Part shown: piece after piece, positions 19,199 to 29,094 of the stretch | Layout of the letters: the number at the start of each line of letters is the position of its first letter | Position numbering within the stretch: position 1 is the stretch's first letter | DNA from: Promethearchaeota archaeon | Lineage (GTDB): Archaea; Asgardarchaeota; Lokiarchaeia; Sigyniarchaeales; SOKP01 | Length of the DNA stretch: 64,000 bases | Assembly: GCA_030599585.1 (NCBI GenBank) | Contig: JAUVNS010000004.1 | Span: 256,001 to 320,000 of the forward strand | Direction: 5' to 3' | Position numbers and translations under genes: made by a program | The notes under the pieces: generated by a model | Seen by the model: only the letters and a program-made list of their open reading frames with translations | The model's database searches: none | Told to the model about the DNA's origin: nothing

Positions 19199-19846
19199 TT
19201 GATGGATAAAAAATTGAACATTATTTCATTAAACAGAAAAGCCTGGAATAATGTAGCTGAAAAGTACGATAATGCGAAATACAGTGAAATGAATCCCGCA
19301 ATTGATTTTTTTTGCAGAGAACTCCCTGAAAGGGCCTCCATTCTAGATATAGGTTCTGGAACTGGCTTACCCTTTGCTAAATTGTTTTTAGAAAAAGGCT
19401 TTAATTATCTAGGCGTCGATATCTCGTCCCAAATGATTAAAATAGCGCGAAAAAATGTACCCGTAGCTAAATTCAAGGAATTATCGATGACAGATTTAAG
19501 TTTTGATAAAGAATTTGATGGAGTTTTTTCACATTACACCATGCTTCTACTTAATCCCAAAATGTTTAAAGATGTGGCAAGAAGAGTGGTTAAATCTTTG
19601 AAGGCTAATGGTTTTTTCTATCTTTCCTTAAACGAACCCGGCGTAGAAAACACAGATTTAGATGAGGATGTGATCTGTGAAATAATGGGAGAAACCATGT
19701 ACTCTCGTGCCTACACGGAAGGAGAAATTCTTGATATATTCCCTTCACTAGGATTAAAAAAACTCCAAATTTATCGTGAAACACAAAATTCCAAGGAATT
19801 TGGAACTGAATATATGATGGTCTTTGTTTTTCAAAAGATCGGATAG
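19199..19846 (+). CDS. Class I SAM-dependent methyltransferase
   Basis: ILDIGSGTG, GVDISSQMI, FDGV. Confidence 0.9.
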   Translation: MMDKKLNIISLNRKAWNNVAEKYDNAKYSEMNPAIDFFCRELPERASILDIGSGTGLPFAKLFLEKGFNYLGVDISSQMIKIARKNVPVAKFKELSMTDLSFDKEFDGVFSHYTMLLLNPKMFKDVARRVVKSLKANGFFYLSLNEPGVENTDLDEDVICEIMGETMYSRAYTEGEILDIFPSLGLKKLQIYRETQNSKEFGTEYMMVFVFQKIG

Positions 19847-19934
19847 ACTTCAGATAGAATTCTCTTTATATCATTCTTAACTATTATTAAATCTATAAAA
19901 TGAGGAATTTATTTATCATTATCCTTAAAATACC

Positions 19935-21800
19935 ATGAAAAAAGTATATTTGGTTGATTACGATTCTTGTAATATTCGGTTCTGTGGCCGACAATGCATT
20001 AAGAAATGTCCCATAACTCTTTCTAACGCAACATTAAAACCAAATAAAAAAAAGCAAGAAGTCCCTATTTGGGTTCAAAAATCTACAAACCAAATTAAAA
20101 TCAATAGTGAGAATTGCTTGAAATGTGGTGTGTGTGCCAATGTTTGTCCTGCAAAAGCAATTTATGTAAAAGGTATTTTAGAAGAGCCAACTGAACTGGT
20201 TCCTACTCATAAATATCCCGAAGAGGAAAAAACTGAAGGATTTCGTCTTTATAATTTACCAACTCTTACTTCGGGAAAAGTCTCTGGATTATGCGGTCCA
20301 AACGGAATAGGAAAGACTACTGTCTTAAATATCATTTCAGGAAAATTAAAACCAAATTTTGGAAATTCTAATTTAAAATCTAATCAAATCCTATGGAAAG
20401 ATGTCATAAAAAAAGTAAAAGAAAGTGAAATGCGAAATCATTTCACTGATTTATCCCAAAATGATAGAAAAATTGCGTATAAACAACAAGTTCTGCGTAT
20501 TTTGTTTGAGAAGTATCAAGGAAAGAAAGTTATAGATATTTTAAACGCAAAAAATGAAGTAAGTTCATTATTTTTCCAGAAAATTAAAAAGTATTTAGAT
20601 ATTAGTGCTATTGCTAATCGGATACTAGATCAATGTTCTGGAGGGGAGTTGCAGAGATTTGCTATTGCTTCTGTTCTTATTAAAGAAGCAGATATTTACA
20701 TTATTGATGAACCATGTACGTTTCTAGATGTGAAAAAACGAATTAAATTAGCCCAATTATTACGTGAGCGTGCTAAAGGGGTTAATAATGAGAAACCATG
20801 TCCTATATTAGTAGTTGAACACGATTTAGCGATATTAGATTATCTATCAGATACAGTCCAACTATTTTATGGTGTACCCCATCAATTTGGAATTATCTCA
20901 AGGCCTTTAACAACAAAGAAGGGTATTAACGCATATTTAACTGGGTTTTTAAAGACAGAAAACATAGAGTTCAGAGAAAAAGAATATACCTTTAAACGCT
21001 CTGCAAGCGGTCGGACATGGAGCAACGCGAAGATTTTTGCTCGTTATGGAAAAATTTCAAAGACATTTGAGTCATTTCGTTTATCTATGAACCCTGGAAC
21101 AATTTATGCTTCTGAGATTTTGGGTGTTGTTGGTGAAAATGGATGTGGTAAATCTACCTTTGCAAAAATCCTCGCAGGCGAGCTTCAGCCTGACTCTGGA
21201 TCAGAATTTGAAGGAATTCAAGCTATCGTCTCTTACAAACCACAATATATTACCCAAGAATTTTCTCAAACAGTAAGAGATTTCATCATAGAACGAGCCA
21301 TAACCTACAATTTTTCTGAGGAACTTTTACGGATATTGTATAGACCTTTAGGTGTCGATAAATTATTCGATTTACAAGTATCTGAACTCTCTGGGGGTGA
21401 ACTTCAACGTGTATTTATATGTTCTTGCCTTGCTAAGCGCGCAGATCTATATATTCTCGATGAACCTTCAGCATATTTGGATGTAGAAGAACGGATTCAT
21501 ATAGGTCAAATAATTCGAACTATTACAAAAAGAAATAATGCTGTTGCTATTTGTATAGAACATGATATTCAAATCGCTGATTCTTTAATTGACCGAGTTC
21601 TCCTTTTCACTGGAAAGCCAGGAGTTCATGGAAACACCATTGGACCCTTAAATAAACGCGAGGGGATGAACCTTTTTCTGAAAGAAATCGATGTAACTTT
21701 TCGACGGGATACCAGAACAGGTAGAGCTCGATTGAATAAAAAAAATTCTCAATTGGATAGAGCACAGCGGGCATCTGGGCAATTATGGGGTGTAAGTTAA
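19935..21800 (+). CDS. ABCE1/RLI ribosome-recycling ATPase
   Basis: N-terminal 8-Cys 2x[4Fe-4S] domain, FRLYNLP, and two NBDs (GPNGIGKT / SGGELQR / DEP / EHD; GENGCGKST / LSGGELQR / DEPSAYLDVEER), VTFRRD. Confidence 0.92.
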   Translation: MKKVYLVDYDSCNIRFCGRQCIKKCPITLSNATLKPNKKKQEVPIWVQKSTNQIKINSENCLKCGVCANVCPAKAIYVKGILEEPTELVPTHKYPEEEKTEGFRLYNLPTLTSGKVSGLCGPNGIGKTTVLNIISGKLKPNFGNSNLKSNQILWKDVIKKVKESEMRNHFTDLSQNDRKIAYKQQVLRILFEKYQGKKVIDILNAKNEVSSLFFQKIKKYLDISAIANRILDQCSGGELQRFAIASVLIKEADIYIIDEPCTFLDVKKRIKLAQLLRERAKGVNNEKPCPILVVEHDLAILDYLSDTVQLFYGVPHQFGIISRPLTTKKGINAYLTGFLKTENIEFREKEYTFKRSASGRTWSNAKIFARYGKISKTFESFRLSMNPGTIYASEILGVVGENGCGKSTFAKILAGELQPDSGSEFEGIQAIVSYKPQYITQEFSQTVRDFIIERAITYNFSEELLRILYRPLGVDKLFDLQVSELSGGELQRVFICSCLAKRADLYILDEPSAYLDVEERIHIGQIIRTITKRNNAVAICIEHDIQIADSLIDRVLLFTGKPGVHGNTIGPLNKREGMNLFLKEIDVTFRRDTRTGRARLNKKNSQLDRAQRASGQLWGVS

Positions 21801-22237
21801 ATGTTTTGCAAGAAATCATTCAAAACGGATGTAATAGCTTGAAGATCCATTAGAGCTTCACTACCACCATCAAAACTGACATCTCCGGATTCATGTGCTG
21901 CAGAAATTTCAATTGTTCCAAAAAGAATTCCTGTAAAAGTCGCCATATTGGTTGTAAAAGTTAATGAGGGATTATCGACATCACCCTCTCCATAATCCAC
22001 TTTTCCCTCTTTGAATTTAAGCCAAAATTTCTTGTTTTCATCTGATATGATTATTTGTCCTAAGAAAACCATATCTAACATGGCCATATCTTCGAATTCC
22101 TCCCTTAATCCCAGAAGTTCTGATGAGGTCTGCTTATATATTTCAAAAAGTTTGAGACAATCTCCAGGTATAGTATTGCCATCAGATAATTTTAATTTTA
22201 TTTCATTTAATAATTCTGAATTTACTATTTTTATCAC
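21797..22237 (-). CDS. SCP2 sterol/lipid-binding domain protein
   Basis: Pattern FWLKFKEGKVDYGEG-x3-PSLTF...ILFG-x5-A-x-x-SGDVSFDG typical of SCP2. Confidence 0.75.
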   Translation of the reverse strand: MIKIVNSELLNEIKLKLSDGNTIPGDCLKLFEIYKQTSSELLGLREEFEDMAMLDMVFLGQIIISDENKKFWLKFKEGKVDYGEGDVDNPSLTFTTNMATFTGILFGTIEISAAHESGDVSFDGGSEALMDLQAITSVLNDFLQNI

Positions 22238-22358
22238 CTTATAATATATGAAAAAAATATAGATTACATCTATTTCAATTTATTTATCTCATAAATATCA
22301 GATATATTGATGATAGAAACATTAAGAAACCTTATTTATTGTCCAGAATTTTTTAGAC

Positions 22359-24053
22359 ATGGTTAAAATGGAAGATTTGGAAAAAAAATTATTTGATCAA
22401 TCTTGGACCTATAAAAATAGAGAAAAGATCATTAAAAAAATGCAAAGTAGTCAATACGACGTTGTAATCATAGGTGCGGGTATAACAGGGGCAGGTATTG
22501 CAAGAGAAGCAGCAATGAGAAATTTAAATGTTGCTGTAGTAGATATGCAAGATTTTTCTGCAGGAACTTCATCGAGAAGTACAAAAATGGCACACGGCGG
22601 ACTTAGATATATAGCTTATGGCGAAACAAATTTAGTTAAAAGTGCTACTCGTGAAAGAAATTGGATGAGGGTTCAGATACCCCATTTGGTTAGACCTCTA
22701 CCATTCTTTTTGCCACTTATTGAAGGATCGAAGTTAAAAAAACGTGATATAGTAGGAGTTACAAAAATTTATGATTTTTTAAGCGATGATAAATCTGAAT
22801 TTAAAAATTACAAAAAAAGCAAATACTATACCGCTGAAGAGGTTTATGAACTGGAACCTGAATTTAATAGAGAAGGCCTTCAAGGTGGTATAGTTTATTA
22901 CGATACAAACATCGACGACGCTCGTTTAACAATTGAAATCTTAAAAGAAGCAATCATAAATGGAGCAGATTCGATAAATTACTGTAAAGTTTTTGATTAT
23001 ATCAAAAACAATGGTAAAATTGTTGGGATTAAATGTCAAGATCTAGAAAAAAAAGCCGAATTTGAAATTCGAGCTACATTAGTAATTAATGCGACAGGTA
23101 TATGGGCGGATGATCTAATAAAGAGTTACCCCGATACTATTCCAAATCCGTTAATTAGACCAACTAGGGGAGTTCATCTATTATACAAACGTGAAAATAT
23201 AGGAAATACCATGGCAAATGGGCTTTATTCAGGTGTTGATAATAGATTTTTTTTTGTCATTCCGAGGAATAAAAAGTACACACTTGTAGGAACAACTGAT
23301 ACCGATTATCAAGGTGATTTAGCAAATCCATTTTGTGATAAGGAAGATGCCGATTACTTAATTGCATCTGTTAAGTTATACTACCCGAATGCAAAATTAG
23401 AATATGAAAATATTCTTTCTACATATGCTGGAATCAGACCGTTAGTAATGCAGAAAGGAAAACCAGAAACTGAGGTTTCACGAAATCACATAATCTTTTT
23501 TTCTAATGACAATCTACTTACAATCACAGGGGGGAAGCTAACAGAATGGCGTGAAATGGCAGAAGATTTATTTGAACATATTGAAGAAAAGAAAATTTTC
23601 ACAGAGAAAAAAAAAGAGAAAAATTGGTCGCGGCAACCATTTATCATTTCTCTAGAAAAAGATGAATGGTTAGATATTTTACAAAATTCGGGCATTCATT
23701 TAGATGAGGATATATCAGACCATTTATATCAACAATATGGAAAAGGAGCAATTCATATTATCAATTTGATAAAGGAAGATGAATCTTTAAAAGAAAGGAT
23801 TATAATCGAGAATGATTTCATTTACGCTGAAATCCTTTATGTACTAAGATACGAAATGTCTCCTCATTTGATTGATGTGTTCTGTCGTCGAACAGAAATG
23901 TCATTATGGATACATCACCGAAGAGCATTAGAAGCAGCAGAAATTGTCGCAAAGCTTATGCAGAAAGAATATTCTTGGGATAATGAAACAAAAAATGAGG
24001 AAATACAGAGATACTTGGATTATGTAAAAAATTGCGTTTCATTTATTCCTTAA
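22359..24053 (+). CDS. FAD-dependent glycerol-3-phosphate dehydrogenase/oxidase (GlpD/GlpA family)
   Basis: IIGAGITGAGIA, DFSAGTSSRSTKMAHGGLRY, DDARL, INATGIW, GTTDT, YAGIRPL, GGKLT, RRT. Confidence 0.92.
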   Translation: MVKMEDLEKKLFDQSWTYKNREKIIKKMQSSQYDVVIIGAGITGAGIAREAAMRNLNVAVVDMQDFSAGTSSRSTKMAHGGLRYIAYGETNLVKSATRERNWMRVQIPHLVRPLPFFLPLIEGSKLKKRDIVGVTKIYDFLSDDKSEFKNYKKSKYYTAEEVYELEPEFNREGLQGGIVYYDTNIDDARLTIEILKEAIINGADSINYCKVFDYIKNNGKIVGIKCQDLEKKAEFEIRATLVINATGIWADDLIKSYPDTIPNPLIRPTRGVHLLYKRENIGNTMANGLYSGVDNRFFFVIPRNKKYTLVGTTDTDYQGDLANPFCDKEDADYLIASVKLYYPNAKLEYENILSTYAGIRPLVMQKGKPETEVSRNHIIFFSNDNLLTITGGKLTEWREMAEDLFEHIEEKKIFTEKKKEKNWSRQPFIISLEKDEWLDILQNSGIHLDEDISDHLYQQYGKGAIHIINLIKEDESLKERIIIENDFIYAEILYVLRYEMSPHLIDVFCRRTEMSLWIHHRRALEAAEIVAKLMQKEYSWDNETKNEEIQRYLDYVKNCVSFIP

Positions 24054-24188
24054 AACTAAAAACTTAGTCACTCTTCATTACATTTTCAATTTAACACATT
24101 TTTTAAAATTGGACTATATCAAATATAAATACTTAAGAAGTGATATAGAACATAATCATAATTTTAATTTAACTTAAAGAAGTGAAAT

Positions 24189-24863
24189 TTGTTGATATAT
24201 CAATTTGATTTTACAGAAGGTTTTTTAAGACCTTTGGCAGAATTCGCTGGATTCTTTACTTTGATCCTTGGTGTCATGTGGTTAGTTTACGCAATATACG
24301 AAGCTCAAAGAAGGGGATCGGTTAAAAAAAGAAAAGTAGAAGACTGGAATTTCGATGTTACTAAGTTCTTGAAATTTTTGACATATTTTGGCATAATCAT
24401 TGGTATCTTAAGTATCCTTAGTGGAGTAGGTGGTTTAGTTCTAGACCAAGCTCCCAGCGTTGCGTATGGCTCTAATACTCAAGATGCTAAAAGCTTGTTT
24501 GTTTCAGCATTTTTGATTATTGTAGGTATCTTTACTTTGTTAAAACCTTTAAACGACCTTCCTATATCTAGCGTGATAGGAATCCTTTTAGCATCGTTAA
24601 TAGTTGTTGTAGCCGTTTCTGCGATTCCCGATCAAGTAGTCCAAATTATAGCTGTATTCATCGATCCAAAATTGCTTTTACTAATAATTTTTATAGTGGT
24701 ATTCGCTATCGTTGCGTTGACTGTTAAATTTTATATAGGAGTTTTAATGGCAATTTCGAAAGCTATATCATGGCCTGTTTTAGCGTTCATAGTTGCAGCG
24801 TTCTGTTTATTACAAGGGTTCTTACTCTTAGTTGTAGGAGTTTCAATAACAGGATATTTTTAA
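24189..24863 (+). CDS. Multi-pass membrane protein of unknown function
   Basis: About 6 hydrophobic segments; no recognised motif. Confidence 0.75.
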   Translation: MLIYQFDFTEGFLRPLAEFAGFFTLILGVMWLVYAIYEAQRRGSVKKRKVEDWNFDVTKFLKFLTYFGIIIGILSILSGVGGLVLDQAPSVAYGSNTQDAKSLFVSAFLIIVGIFTLLKPLNDLPISSVIGILLASLIVVVAVSAIPDQVVQIIAVFIDPKLLLLIIFIVVFAIVALTVKFYIGVLMAISKAISWPVLAFIVAAFCLLQGFLLLVVGVSITGYF

Positions 24864-24901
24864 TCTAATTTTTTAATCTTTTTTATTATTATTTCAATAT
24901 A

Positions 24902-26014
24902 TTATAAGAAGGTAAACCGTTGAGATGATTTTCTATTAATTTCGCCTTTAATATCGTTACTTAAATCATATTGGCAATTTGGACATTTTTTTGAATCCGT
25001 TATATCAATTTTTGTAAACCTGTATCCACTCCTTCCCAAAATTAAATGATTACAGTTTGGACAGTATGTATTTCCTCCCTTTTCGTGACTGGCATTCCCG
25101 ATATACACATAATTTATACCTTCTTTTTTAGCGATATTATACGCTCTATCTAAGGTCTCAAATGGCGTTCTTTTCATAGATGGTTGTTTAAAGTCAGGAT
25201 GATAGGCAGAAAAATGAGTAGGTGTGTTATCTCCAAGATTTTTAACAATCCAATTAGAGAGCGACTCAATATCTGCATCGCTATCGTTTAAACCAGGAAT
25301 AATAAGATTAGTGATTTCTACATGGATCCCGCCGCTTTTAAATCTTTTTGCTGTATCCAATACGGGTTGTACTGATTTAACACCACAAATAGTTTTATAA
25401 AACTCATCGGACATAGATTTAATATCTACATTTGCAGCATCTATTCCAACTTCTATTAACTCTTTAGTAGCCTCTATCGTGGAATAGCCGTTTGTTACCA
25501 ATATAGTCTTTATATCGTTTTTCTTAAGCAATCTAGTTGTATCTAATATCCATTCATGCCATATAAGAGGTTCATTATAGGTAAATGCTAAAGTTTTAGC
25601 ACCACTTTTAATGACTCTTTTCACTAATTGTTCGGGTGTCATTTCAACTAACGACATTCCACGATCCTCGTATCCTTTAATGTCATAAAAGCCATCTTTT
25701 CCATTATCTGTTGGATTTGCTTGGCTAATCGACCAGTTTTGACAATTTTGACACTTAAGAGAACACCCAATTGATGCAATTGAATAAGCAGTAGCACCTG
25801 GCCAGTAATTATAAAGGGGTTTCTTCTCAATTGGATCTAAACTGCCAGATGATATCATTGAACCATAAATTAAGGAGTATAATTCTCCATCAAAATTTTT
25901 TCTTGTTCTACATATCCCTACCTTATCCGGTAGGATAATACATTCATTAGCACATACATGACATTTAACCTTATTTTTATCAAGTTTCTCAAATAATCTT
26001 GCTTTTACCTTCAT
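24902..26014 (-). CDS. amrS: AmmeMemoRadiSam system radical SAM enzyme
   Basis: CHVCANEC, GICRTR, DPIEKKPLY, GCSLKCQNCQNWSISQ (CxxxCxxC), FTYNEP, TYCPNC. Confidence 0.9.
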   Translation of the reverse strand: MKVKARLFEKLDKNKVKCHVCANECIILPDKVGICRTRKNFDGELYSLIYGSMISSGSLDPIEKKPLYNYWPGATAYSIASIGCSLKCQNCQNWSISQANPTDNGKDGFYDIKGYEDRGMSLVEMTPEQLVKRVIKSGAKTLAFTYNEPLIWHEWILDTTRLLKKNDIKTILVTNGYSTIEATKELIEVGIDAANVDIKSMSDEFYKTICGVKSVQPVLDTAKRFKSGGIHVEITNLIIPGLNDSDADIESLSNWIVKNLGDNTPTHFSAYHPDFKQPSMKRTPFETLDRAYNIAKKEGINYVYIGNASHEKGGNTYCPNCNHLILGRSGYRFTKIDITDSKKCPNCQYDLSNDIKGEINRKSSQRFTFL

Positions 26015-26136
26015 ATGAAATACCTTTTTTTAGAAATTATTTGCTTAATCTATCTCTAAATATATAATAGATAAGAAATTTTATATTTCTTATAGGTTTA
26101 AAATGTATTATTTATAGTAAAAGCCAATTATTTAAA

Positions 26137-26571
26137 ATGTCGAGAATAGAACTCGCTCTTTCAAGTTTTAAAGAAGATTTCAATTGTGCTCAATCTATCT
26201 TCGGTACTTATGCAACTCATTATGGATTAGATCGAGAAGAAGCTTTGAAAATATCTACTGGTTTTGGAGGAGGAATGGCACGTAATGGTAGAACTTGCGG
26301 TGCTGTGACTGGAGCTTTTATGGTCATTGGATTGAAAAATGGTATGGGAGTAAGCAAGGATAAAGAAGCGAAGGAAAAGACCTATCAAATTATACACGAA
26401 TTTTCTAACAAATTTCAAGAAAACAATGGTTCATTGATTTGTAAGGAATTACTCGGTTGCGATATAAACACTCCTGAAGGAATGGATTATTTCAATCAAA
26501 ATGAATTATCTGAAAAAAAATGTCTTCAATGCGTGAAGAACGCAGCGGAGATTTTGGAAGAAATGCTATAA
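26137..26571 (+). CDS. C_GCAxxG_C_C family putative redox protein
   Basis: FNCAQS, GFGGGM, TCGAVTGA, LICKELLG, C-terminal Cys. Confidence 0.9.
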   Translation: MSRIELALSSFKEDFNCAQSIFGTYATHYGLDREEALKISTGFGGGMARNGRTCGAVTGAFMVIGLKNGMGVSKDKEAKEKTYQIIHEFSNKFQENNGSLICKELLGCDINTPEGMDYFNQNELSEKKCLQCVKNAAEILEEML

Positions 26572-26615
26572 TATATGTTAATTTAATTAAAATTAATTAA
26601 TTCTCTTTCTTATTT

Positions 26616-27536
26616 ATGGATGAACACAAAGACGAGTATACCAGGAAAGAATTAGAGGGTTTGCTAAATGAAAAATTAGTAAATTTGAAGGAACTGGAGC
26701 AAATTGGTAAGGATTCCAATTATATCCACGAATTGGGTGATATTGCCTTAATTCAACTACAATTAGGGCTATTTAGAGAATCAGAAAGGAATTACTTGCT
26801 AAGTTTAAAACATTTTCAAAAGCAAAAAGATAAACTAGGGCAAGCAGCCGTTTATGGCGTACTAGGCACGCTTTATTATAAAATGGGTTACTACCAGCAA
26901 TCAATTAAATTCTATGAGGATGCTTTCGATATATATTATGAATTGAAACAGATTCAAGAACAGATCACTTGTTTAAAAGGAATTGGTGATAGTTTCATAA
27001 AATTAAACCAATCTGATGATGCTTGCGATATTTTGCTTGAATGTAGTGCTATATGTTCCGATAATAACGATGTTTCCAATTTATTAGACTGTTTAGGTAA
27101 TTTAATTCAAATTTATGAAAAAAAAGAAGATTGGGATATTGTTTTTGAACTTTATAAAAAATCCCTCGAGGCCTTTAAAGAGTTAGAAGATATCAAGGGT
27201 ATTATCGTTTCTTATTTTAATTTAGGTATTCTAAAAAAAAGAGAAAACGATTTATATCATTCGATTATCTATTTTAAAAAAGGAACAAATAACGCAATTG
27301 ATTCTAACTATACAGAATTAATTCTAAAAGGGCTAAGTTATGTAGGGGAGATTTTGGTTTATCAAGGTGAAATGAATGAGGCAAAAGAAACATATATTAA
27401 AGCCTTGAGCATTGCTGAAAATATAAAAGAAAAAAATTCAATTCTTCAAATAAGAATCCTTCTAAATTCTTTAGGTTTAGATGAGGAAGAAATAAATAAA
27501 GAGTTAACAATATATATGCACCGTAGAAAAAACTAA
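26616..27536 (+). CDS. Tetratricopeptide-repeat protein
   Basis: Repeated roughly 40-aa helical units (LGxLY...Y.xA) across the whole length. Confidence 0.85.
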   Translation: MDEHKDEYTRKELEGLLNEKLVNLKELEQIGKDSNYIHELGDIALIQLQLGLFRESERNYLLSLKHFQKQKDKLGQAAVYGVLGTLYYKMGYYQQSIKFYEDAFDIYYELKQIQEQITCLKGIGDSFIKLNQSDDACDILLECSAICSDNNDVSNLLDCLGNLIQIYEKKEDWDIVFELYKKSLEAFKELEDIKGIIVSYFNLGILKKRENDLYHSIIYFKKGTNNAIDSNYTELILKGLSYVGEILVYQGEMNEAKETYIKALSIAENIKEKNSILQIRILLNSLGLDEEEINKELTIYMHRRKN

Positions 27537-27648
27537 CACTCATGAAAAAATAGGACAACATTGAAGTTTTAAATGAGTTTTTAAAAAGTTATAAATGAAA
27601 GAATTTTCATTTTTAAATTAATAAGCATAAATAAAACATCGCTCCCTA

Positions 27649-29094
27649 ATGAATAAATGTCCCTTTTGTCGAAGCCCAGTCGAAATTAGTTGGAGTTATT
27701 GTCGAAATTGTAATAAACCGTTAATTACAAATGTCGATATTCTATCTAATAATCGGGTAAGACCAATACCTGACGGAACATCAATTTACGCAAACGACTT
27801 TGTAGAAGGAGAGGAATCTTTTGATGTCAACATGATCGATGACGAAACTATTGAATACGAGTTATCTCAACTCGAAATTCAACTCACTGATAGCGAGAGA
27901 ATAGGACATAACATGGGTAATTTACTTCTCAAGAAAGCAAGTCTTTTTTACAAAAAGAGAGATTTCTCAAACGCATTGAAAAATTTAGAGCTTGCTTTGG
28001 AAAACTTCAAAGAAGAGGAAAACCTAATGAATCTTATCATAACTCATAACGAAATTGGTCTCATTCATGAAGAAACCGGATTTTTTGACCAAGCAATTTA
28101 TCATTTTGATAGAGCTCTAAGTTTTATAGAAGAAATTGACGATAATATAAAGAAAATCCAAGTGTTGAATAACTTAGGCAATGTTTATCACTTAATTAAT
28201 GACTTAGAGAACGCTAATAAATATTATCAAAGAGCTTTAACTTTAGCTGATGATGAAAATTTAGAATTAGAAGCGGTAAAAACGGCGAGTAACATGGTGG
28301 AGATATTACTATCCTTAGAAGACTACGACCGAGTAAAGAGAATATTAAAACGTAATCTCGACTTTTTTATTCAGACCGATGATATATATGGAGTGATCCA
28401 AACACGTACTAAGTATGGAAAGATGTTTTACCATCTTGGAGAAGAATACTACGATCAATCTTTTAACTACTTAACAGGTACAGTAGAGCTTATCAATGGG
28501 ATTAAGAATAATATATCAATTTTTATAAGAAAAAAATTAGAATGGGAGTGTTTTCTTTATTTGGGGTACTTAAATACAGTATGGGATAATGATTTAGAGG
28601 CGGAGGATTACTTATTGAAAAGTTTAGAAGCTGTAAGAACATTTGAAATTCAAGAAAATATCAAGGAAGGAATTGTTTTAGAGTCTATAGCTAAGTTTTA
28701 CTCACTTAAAGGCGAAGATAGAAAAGCAATAGATTATTTTAGTTATTCTAAAGACATTTACCAGAAATTTGGAGATAAGTTAAAAATCGCTGAAATGAAG
28801 TATCATGTCGCAAAAATTTTTCAAGAATATATTCAAAACAATGAAAAAGCTATTCAGTACTATGAAGAAGCTTTAGAAATTTATGAAAATTTAAATAAAT
28901 CCAAGATTGGAGCAGATATTCATAACAAGTTAGGAGATATTTATGTTTCTAAACAGTTGTACGATCTTGCGCGTAGTAATTTTGAAATAGCAAAAAAACT
29001 TTACACTGAGTTGGAAGATGAATACAATCAGGCTATAATAGATGGAAAAATTGACTCATTGAAAGAAACAGAAAATCATAACGCTACTTTTTAA
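27649..29094 (+). CDS. Zn-ribbon + TPR-repeat protein
   Basis: N-terminal CPFC-x10-CRNC, acidic linker, then about 9 TPR-like repeats (NNLGNVY...YYQRAL). Confidence 0.85.
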   Translation: MNKCPFCRSPVEISWSYCRNCNKPLITNVDILSNNRVRPIPDGTSIYANDFVEGEESFDVNMIDDETIEYELSQLEIQLTDSERIGHNMGNLLLKKASLFYKKRDFSNALKNLELALENFKEEENLMNLIITHNEIGLIHEETGFFDQAIYHFDRALSFIEEIDDNIKKIQVLNNLGNVYHLINDLENANKYYQRALTLADDENLELEAVKTASNMVEILLSLEDYDRVKRILKRNLDFFIQTDDIYGVIQTRTKYGKMFYHLGEEYYDQSFNYLTGTVELINGIKNNISIFIRKKLEWECFLYLGYLNTVWDNDLEAEDYLLKSLEAVRTFEIQENIKEGIVLESIAKFYSLKGEDRKAIDYFSYSKDIYQKFGDKLKIAEMKYHVAKIFQEYIQNNEKAIQYYEEALEIYENLNKSKIGADIHNKLGDIYVSKQLYDLARSNFEIAKKLYTELEDEYNQAIIDGKIDSLKETENHNATF

